Origin: Selaginella moellendorffii
Taxonomy: Eukaryota > Plantae > Lycopodiophyta
Length of the DNA stretch: 64,000 nucleotides
Direction: 5' to 3'
Assembly (NCBI RefSeq): GCF_000143415.4
Contig: NW_003314334.1
Coordinates: forward strand, 389,614-453,613
Numbering within the stretch: the first letter of the stretch is position 1; each line of letters begins with the position of its first letter. The notes beneath the pieces were generated by a model that was not told where the DNA came from, did no database searches, and saw nothing but the letters and a program-made list of their open reading frames with translations. The position numbers and the translations under genes were made by a program. Positions 55,956 through 64,000 of this stretch are shown here, in pieces.

Positions 55956-58900
55956 TTAAGCAAAAGGTGATGAAACAGGAGCTCCAACACCATCTGATCG
56001 TCTGATGGTACCCATGCCGCAGATGGTGCATCCTGGAGACGTCAGGGCCGAAAACTTAGCGCTACAAAGATCGCAAGAGTCGTGGCCTATGGTTGGCAGT
56101 CGTCCCAGTGTTGCAGAGCAGAACTGTGCGGGATCTTCTGTGTCCTCTATTGTTCTGTCGAATAATCCCCTCTGGGTGCAAACAGCAATGAGTGATCTCA
56201 GTTCTTCCTGCTTGTTGGGAGGAGCCTTCGAAAGTAGCAAGTCCAGCTGTGATTTTGCAAAGGCGTAGTTTTGCACGTCCATGTTTCTCTTGATAGCTGT
56301 CCGTATGCAAGTGATCCGATGTTTCGCTTGCAATGGTAATGTGCTCAGGTGTCTTGCCAGTCGGGCGATTTCGTCTTTCGCGCCAACAGCCGCTGTTCCG
56401 TCGACCTTTAACAGCTTGGCAATTTCCTGAAGAAAAGCAGCAGGAGTTATATTAGCAACTACTGAAAGAAGTATTACCTGCAAAAGTAGAACAGCAACTT
56501 TGTACTGAGAACAGATTTTAGCTTGAGCCTTGACGTCGACTCCGAGAGATCGATCTTTAGCAAGCGCGAGGAAAGATTCATCCAAGCAAGACATGGCATC
56601 AGAAAGCTGATTCTGTTCCAGATGTGCAACGGCAGCTTTGAAGCACGTTGATGCAGAAGCTCCACGCGGCACCTAGAAAGACAAGCGAATTAGCTCAAGA
56701 ATATAAAGGATAAAAGAGCACGTTACTTGGCCTGGCTTCCATTGTCGTGGAGGTGAAGGAGCTTTAACTCCTAGAGCAGCTGCAGGCATCGAAGACTCAA
56801 AGTTAAGATTGACAGGAGCAGTGCTGGTCTTTTCAGTCTGAGGAGCAGCTTGCGGAGGGACACCACCATCCGGTAAGGAAAGATCGCCGCTTTGAGGAGG
56901 AATACCACCATCCGGTAAGGAAATATCAGCTTGAGGAGGAACGCCATTCGACATAATGCCAGGACCGCCCACTATGCCTCCTGGTGCACCGGCCATATTT
57001 TGGACTTGAGGAACATTTGAAGTCCAAAGTCCTGGTGTGAGACCATCCGGAGTGATATTGACAGTGAGAGGCTGCGCAGCACCACTGCCTTGACCTGTTC
57101 CATTCGCGTGAAAGAAGTCCTCTGGAATTGGTCCGCTGGCAGCTGATACACCCATTCCCATTATCACAGGGAACACCTCGGTGTTGGTTTGAGTTGTCGT
57201 AGTTTGGATCGGAATGTCTTGAATTCCCCCACTACTGCCAAAACTGCCCTGTGAGCCTCCTGAAGCACGCCTTGTACGTGGTGGTAAGGTGTCTGCCAGC
57301 TTGAACTGCTTCGTAGCTTCCTTCACTTTATCCACGTCCACAGTAGTAGTAGCCAGCTTGTCTCGGATTTTAATTCTGATCTTTTTCTTCGTGGTAGATG
57401 TTTCATCCTCTTCGCTGCTGCTACCATCGACACCGTACAATCCTTTCTTGAACTCTTCTGCGGCCTTTGCCTGTTCGTCAACAATCCCGTCGTCTTTCTT
57501 TGCAGCTCTGATCTTGTTCAATAAACTGTCTTCGGCAGCTTTAGACTCTGTTGAAGGTAATGCCAGAGCTGGTGCCGGTTTCTCGATGTCAGCTTCCCCG
57601 TTTGTAAGTCTTCTCACTAACGCATCGTCACGTACTTCCACAACGGAGCCCCGACCCTTTAACGTACCAAAGTAAACTCCAATGTGATCTGGAATAAGCG
57701 TAGGAATAGGTCCGCTAGGAGTCTTCATGTACGCAGTTACTTCTCCAGACAGTTCCCATTCCCGAGAACTCTTCACTTCAGGGAACGTTTTGATTTGCCA
57801 GTTACCTCCAGCCCATTCTGGGCCCTTGGGAGCAAGACTTTCAGCAGCAAAGTTTGCGAAAACACCACCTTGTCCCCATCCCGAAGATCGGACAATAAGT
57901 ATTTTTTCTGATAACCGCTTCAGCTCTGGCTCGACGCCTGTTTCCTCTAACTTTTGGACTAGCCTTCTTAGAGCGCTGGGATTCAAGTGACATATAAATA
58001 AATCCAGCATGCTCTCATAATCTGAGACGGCTTCATATACTTCTTTCGCTTGGTCGAATTGACCAAACCTGCAACAAAGTCTTGTCATCTACCAAACAAG
58101 AAAGAAACGAAGATAACTTACTTAATGCATTCTCTTCCAAGCCCTTGGAATCTGTGGAACAAGCGTGAAGTTCGAGGGCAACGAGGATAATCTCGAGATC
58201 GAAGAAACTCATCTTTCAAAATGGAAAGAGCAGTTTGAAACCGGCGAGCGACTACTGCATACTTGCATCGCAATTCCTGTAGCATGAAATTCGGAATAAG
58301 TAACTCAAGCTTAGATGATATACCTGAGTAAACTGTGGCCCTGCTTGTGAAAGTTCAACAGCGAGCTCTCCACAGACGGATGGAACCCGTGCAAGTGCAT
58401 CAAGTGACCTCGGTGTGACCCGAAGACTATCAAACCTGTAAGAAACGATAAATACATCAGAAATGAAACAAAGGAGGAAGTACCTCGACGTCAGTCTAAA
58501 CAGGATTTCGGACAGATCAAGTTTAGGCTGAAGTTTGACTTGAAGTGTTGTCCATCCGATCAGGAGTGGCTCCAAAAGACCTGCTAAACGGGTCTTTATT
58601 TCGACAAGTTGCTTTTGTCTTGGACTTGGATCATTGTGGCAGACCAGTAAGAGGCGATCGTTCAGCGTCCCAACAAGCACTAAAGACAGAAAATCAAGGC
58701 AATGAGAGGAAATCAGATGAAACTGGCTAACCCGAATTTGGCGCTGCTAGCGTCGTGACTGCACACGCGGGTCCATCCCACCCAAGTACAGCGACGGTCG
58801 TCGGAGTTGAAAACAGTAATGCCGGTCCAACCCATACTAGAGATCTGAAGTATTAAAGAGTTAAGGTTGAACACATGGCAAACAACAAACAAAAAACATA

Positions 58901-61900
58901 TTTTGGTGGATATTGGAGGGAATCCCTTGTCAAATGTTGCAGACGTAGAATTGATGACTTCAAGATTTTGAGAGACGATCATGACTCTCTCAGTCGTAAG
59001 AATTCCAGCAAACTGACCAACCATGGTTTCCTGCCAACGAACCTGCGTGAAGGAAAAAATTAAATCAGAAAAATATAACAGATTGATACACATTACGAGT
59101 ACCTGCAAAACCGTTTCAAATTGCCTGATTTTCAAGAAGCGACCGTCTTCTTGTTTCGTAGAAAGCTCAAACATGTCGCCGCTGGCTCCATAACCACTTG
59201 AAAATATTCGTGTCAGTCCTATATGACTCCCAGAGGAGACATACATTAACAGAGAATCTGAAAACCCATGTGTGAGTACAAAAGAGGAAGTATAAGAGAT
59301 CGAACCTAAGGGAGTAGAATATATGCGTTGCACGGGACTATCAAACACAAACTGTATCAAGCCTTTCTGTCCGTTCTCGTACGTTTGAGCCTTTGCATGA
59401 AGTTCTGAAAATGTACTGACGTCTAAAGCACCATTTGTATCGCCATTGGATGTGGCTGATTTAACTTCGTCTTCAAGAGGATAAAGAGTCAATCCAACCC
59501 CGTCTTCATCAAGAATTGCATACTTGTCCTCCTTAAATCCCAGAAAAGCACCATCGCGGCCTGCAACTGAAATGTAAGAAACAGAGAGTTCGAGATCGAA
59601 AACGGACTGAACCTGTTATAGTGTTCAAACGTTCACCAACAGCTTCAGCAGTTAAGGATTCTCGATAGATAACGATTTCGCCAATGGCTCCTCGGCACTC
59701 AAAGAATATAAGAAAAAGATGCTGTCGAGAACTATATAGCATGTGAGTAGGCGACCGTTCTTGACCTCCAAGTGCCTGTGCAAGGTACGTCAACACGATT
59801 TTACAGCCAATTGAACTCAATGCTTACGGTCGGAGAAAGCTTTTTGTAGATATTATAGTCTCCAGATGCAAGATTGTAAGCAGAAAGGTTACAACCGTCC
59901 ATGAAAAAAGCACGGATAGGATAATTGAATATGCCTTGTTCAGAGGTAAAGAACCCAAGGTCTTGTTGCAATGGCTAGAAAACAGAAATTAGTCTTAAAT
60001 ACTTAATGCTTGAAGTTTAGTACCTGGCAAACAGGGAGATCACGCAAGTGATGACTCGGATCTGCAATGGATAAAAGCGGTAGTCTAAATGAAGTAGTGT
60101 CTCTTGGCTCCCCTCCATGTTTCTGCCAAAATAACGTGAAATGTCAATATTATGGCATCAAACATAGTGTGTGCTTACTCCATACAAAAATGCCTTTCGC
60201 GCGAGGTCCGACATTGTCAGGCTGTTAAAGAGACGTCATTACTGTATTTGATGAATGGTATGATGCTTACCCTTGCTGGCCTCTCGCCTGCTGTAATTGC
60301 ATCTGCAGCTGATAATCGGGTACAATGCCAGTCGAGCCCAAAAGTGCAAGTTTTTCCTTCAAGACCGATCCTAAATCTTAAAATATCAGCTCAAGATCAT
60401 TTCTACAAATGCTAAATCCAACCTGGAGAGCCTCTAGCACTTTGAAGCACAGAGAATAGCTGCTTCCTAGCTTCCCTCGACACAGCTGATGCTCTTCTTC
60501 TCGCTTCCTCTTTCCTACTGTTGCTCTATAAGGACAAGATTTAGCTGCACGTAAGCACTCTATTATATAGCGTACCGGAAACAATATTGTTGCCAAATTC
60601 AGCTTCGGATGTAGGAGAAAATCAGTAATCTTCGGGACAGGGTATATAGTGTCGCCACTACATTGAGCCAGAACCTTAGCAACATCCAAACTTTCAACGC
60701 CTAGAAGAAAAAGAAAACAAAGAGGACTTAATAAAACTACCCGTATATTGAATAACCAGTACAATGTTACCTGCAGACTCGAAGAAGTTCGCACGCATGG
60801 GAGGCTTATTCGAATTTAGAATGACCCTCGTCCTCCACACCTGCACCATGCCATCCCTTGAAAGAGTCACAAGTAACCGCAACATAGAATGCCAGGAAAG
60901 AGCTGAAATTGGATTTGACCCCGCTTGAGTGCTGCCAAGTTCAATGAACATTTAGCATCCTGAAGTAAACACGTAGACTTGTACTTACATCCCGATCATA
61001 CTGGGTTGTGTTGGAACTGAGACGTCCCATGCTATTAGTGTGCCGCTTCTGTCGCCAACAAAAACCCATTCTAAAGTCGGATGAAACGCAAACGCTCCTG
61101 CTCCAACTAGTTTTATTGACGTGTCAACTGCAAAAATGGTTCGGTTACAAATACTTGAGTGAAAGACATAGAAGGAACATACTTTGCAAGGTATACTGCA
61201 CGGTGAAAGACTGTATGTGATATGCCCGAATAAGCCCTTCGGCATACGCAACGAACTGTCCAAACAGATCCGAATTACCAAAAATGCGAAAAAATCTAAC
61301 GAAAAGATGTAGGTACCAGAAGAGGACTTCTTGGATGGCAAGCAAGGCCAGTGACTGGCTTTTTCAGATCCGTCTTAATAATGGTCGCTGGTTTGGCACC
61401 TTCTATAGTCCCCACAACTACAACCAAACGTGACGCATCAAATAGTTTATCTTCATACAAGAAAAAAACTTACCATTTACACTTGAACGCCGATACGTTC
61501 CAAAGAATAGCCACGGTCGAAGTGGTGTCAGAGCAATGTGTATCTCCATCCCTTCTGAGATCCTGTCTGTTTTCTTAGCTGGAGAATAAAGAAAATGCGT
61601 GTGCTCGGTATCTAGATCCCACGACTTAATGCTCCAATCCTGGGAGGAAAAAAAAAGAATCCAATTCATGCAAAAGATCTATGCCAAGAGCTGTATCATA
61701 CCTCTAGAACTGCGACAATTACATGCCCGCCAGCAGGACTATATGCCATACGCACGACGGAAGCTCCAATATTGATGCTCGAGAGCTTACAGCCCGTGAG
61801 AGCATCAAACTCTGCAAGAAAATCCACCATGATCAGCCAACCCTCTCACATTCTTAGTAAAATTTCCGGATCACGCGAAATCCTCGCGTCAATTCGGAGA

Positions 61901-62047
61901 ATTTAGCTCGCAAATCTCACCAGTGATGTGTTGCCCGACCGCCGCCGCGAAGAGCGCCTGCGAGTGATGAAATGCTCCACACTGTGGCCGAGCTCCATCG
62001 CCCTCGGCTCCCTGGACCTCCAGATACTGCCTCGCCGTCCACTCCAT
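55956..62047 (-). CDS. TWD40-2: TPLATE/TSET complex WD40 subunit (TWD40-2-like), multi-exon
   Basis: MEWTARQYLE..AFHHSQA..EFDALTGCKL, FAFHPTLEWVFVGDRSG, PKGPEWAGGNW.IK, C-terminal Cys cluster CDLC..CTICGMG. Confidence 0.88.
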
Positions 62048-62519
62048 CGCTGCTAAAACCCTATAAACCCCCTTAGATCTGCGTCACACCTCTAGCGCCA
62101 TCGCGTCGCTCCCGGATCCACATCCACAAAACCCTAGCTCACCTCGCGCGAAGCTCCCACAAGCTATACTACTGCCAGTATAGAGCTCGCACCACATTCC
62201 ACTCCGGAATTCCAAGTGATTAAAATCCAACGGTGCAGATTTCCGAGCCCTAGGGCTTAGGGTTTATCCACTCCCTCGACGCGCGCGGGCGACTCCTGCC
62301 TCCTAACGCATCAGCGCCAAGACTCACGGCTGGTATGCTCGGCATTCCCTTTCCTGCCTTCCATTGCCCCAGATGGGATTTTCGAGCCAGGGGAATTGGA
62401 TCGGTCGGGCCTAAAACCCGTGCTCTCCTGCTAGCCTTCAGGCTACAAATCCGTGCTCTTCCGCTAGCAGTAGATTCCAGCCAGGGGGATTGGATTGCAT
62501 GCTCTTCTGCTAACAGTCA

Positions 62520-63300
62520 GGCAGTAGAAGATGGTTTCGAAGGAAAGGGAAGAAAGGAGTGGCTTTGAAAGCCTCGACTGCTGAAAGGCTGACAATGTGA
62601 CGAAGAAGCCTCCTGCGAGAAAATCTAAACGGACAGCAAAGCCGCAAGAAGAGAACCAGGATAGATCCAAGCAGCAACCGGTGGCTGTGGAACAAAAGCC
62701 CAGCGACACTACAAATGCCGCGAAGAAGCCTCCCAAGGGAGGAAAAGATGGTGGAGATTCGAAGTAAGTCCTCAAGAAGCAAGAAGAAGGCTGAAGTAGT
62801 AGAAGCCATCGCCTGGCACATTCTCGAGATGATTAAGCTGGAAGGCATCATGAAGAAGGGGCTTAGTAAATCCGCTGGAAGAGTCCAGTCTGCTGCTGGC
62901 TTGGAGAAGGAGATCGAGAGCTCCTCGAGAGTACTGCGCAGAGATTTCTCCAACAGAAAGCAAGGGACAAGTGAGCTTTCCGGCACAGCTTGTGAGCTAC
63001 AACGGCGTCAAACTGGACCAGTTCTCGCTCACTGCTGGCGACGCTAAGGCCGTAGACGTACTCTCCAGTACGCGTTCGAGGCCGGATGGTGGCGGCGTTC
63101 TTGTCGCGCTACTTCACCGAGGATGTGGACTACCGCTTCACGGCCAGGATGGAGGAGCAGCAACTCGACGCTGTTTCGTCCGGGAACATGAAGTGGAAGC
63201 AGTTCTGGCCAAACTTCCACGGCAAAAGTAGCAGACATGCAACAGGTAGACGACTAGCTTTCCGGCCAAGGTTGATCGCCAATGTTAAACAGCTCTTTCT
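62520..63300 (+). pseudogene. Type IA DNA topoisomerase (bacterial TopA-like, organellar) relic
   Basis: Collinear motifs EAIAWHILEM, SAGRVQS, EKEIES, VAAFLSRYF..VDYRFTARMEEQ.LD, joined by large deletions and frameshifts. Confidence 0.75.
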
Positions 63301-63578
63301 CAATTGTGTGAAATCCTTCTGTATATCACATCTTGGATCTGGATAGCCTTCATGAGCATGGAGGAATATAGACTCACGACTAGTACGAAATCATTTGGAC
63401 CACGAAGACTTCCGTATAGACGAATCCTTCACGAGTATGGAGGACTCTTTCTCCTTTTTCTTTTCCAGACGACTATTTCCGCCCCATTTTGCAATAGTGT
63501 CATATTCCATGAGAGCTTTTGACTTGTAAAGGTTGCTCGACATAAAAAGGAAAGCAGTTCGAGCAGAGCTTCGCAGGC

Positions 63579-64000
63579 ATGGGAGGGGCTCTTGTTCTTG
63601 GTGCTTATGTGATGCTCTGCATTTCAGCTTGTATACAGGCATGGGAAATGTATGAGCTCCAGGCTTTGCTTGCGTTTAAAGGAGGTTTATCAAATCACAC
63701 TGCTCTATCCGGCTGGACAATGGATAATTCTCACAATCTCTGTGTGTCTTGGGAAGGAGTGACCTGCAGTAATGTTACTGGTCACGTTATAATGCTCGAT
63801 TTGGGGGGTCTCAATCTCGAAGGAATAATCAGTCCGGAAGTATCCAGGTTGAAAAATCTGGAGGTGCTTGACCTCTCTTTGAATAACCTGGTTGGCCCTC
63901 TACCAAAAGAGTTTGGAATGATGAAGAAACTGAAAACGTTGTATTTGCCATGTGAAATTCCGGAATTTATTGGCAATTTATCATCGCTCGAAGTTATTTG
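63579..64000 (+). CDS. LRR receptor-like kinase/protein, N-terminus (runs off the window)
   Basis: Signal peptide, ALLAFK, LSGW..CVSWEGVTC, LDLGGLNLEGIISP, LDLSLNNLVGPLP. Confidence 0.8.
   Translation, partial: MGGALVLGAYVMLCISACIQAWEMYELQALLAFKGGLSNHTALSGWTMDNSHNLCVSWEGVTCSNVTGHVIMLDLGGLNLEGIISPEVSRLKNLEVLDLSLNNLVGPLPKEFGMMKKLKTLYLPCEIPEFIGNLSSLEVI

Noticed and set aside
61921-62047. Apparent frameshift in TWD40-2 exon 1
   Set aside because: Careful re-translation is in frame (MEWTARQYLEVQGAEGDGARPQCGAFHHSQ).
47870-62270. AAACCCTA motifs as interstitial telomere
   Set aside because: Single dispersed copies near gene starts are ordinary telo-boxes, not arrays.

Overview
Eukaryotic plant nuclear DNA. 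Very compact genes, 45-65 nt introns and several intronless SS/PLS-type PPR genes point to the lycophyte Selaginella (inference, not a database match). The first 6 kb is TE/debris. It holds the 5' end of a minus-strand LTR element (898-bp LTR, TGTAG...CTACA, tRNA-iMet PBS) whose LTR carries a 5S rRNA internal-promoter segment as in Cassandra elements. This is followed by a mosaic of Gypsy pol remnants and host fragments (CPN10, transportin-1, 26S rRNA, PPR). From 6 to 64 kb the window is gene-dense: ACL5, VIRILIZER, four PLS-E PPRs and one P-class PPR, an alpha/beta hydrolase, a CYP86-clan P450, SufC, MRNIP, a divergent RPB9 paralogue, ZFWD, TOM2B, two dirigent-family genes, a BAHD acyltransferase plus pseudo-copy, a class II OMT, SUVR5, HYPK, RZ-1, RH18, DUF2358, TWD40-2, a topoisomerase IA relic and the start of an LRR receptor gene. 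Main leads: the 5S-bearing long LTR, the divergent RPB9, a possible wall-phenolic/suberin gene neighbourhood, and head-to-head gene pairs only 50-68 bp apart. All family calls come from manual translation and remembered motifs; no searches were run.
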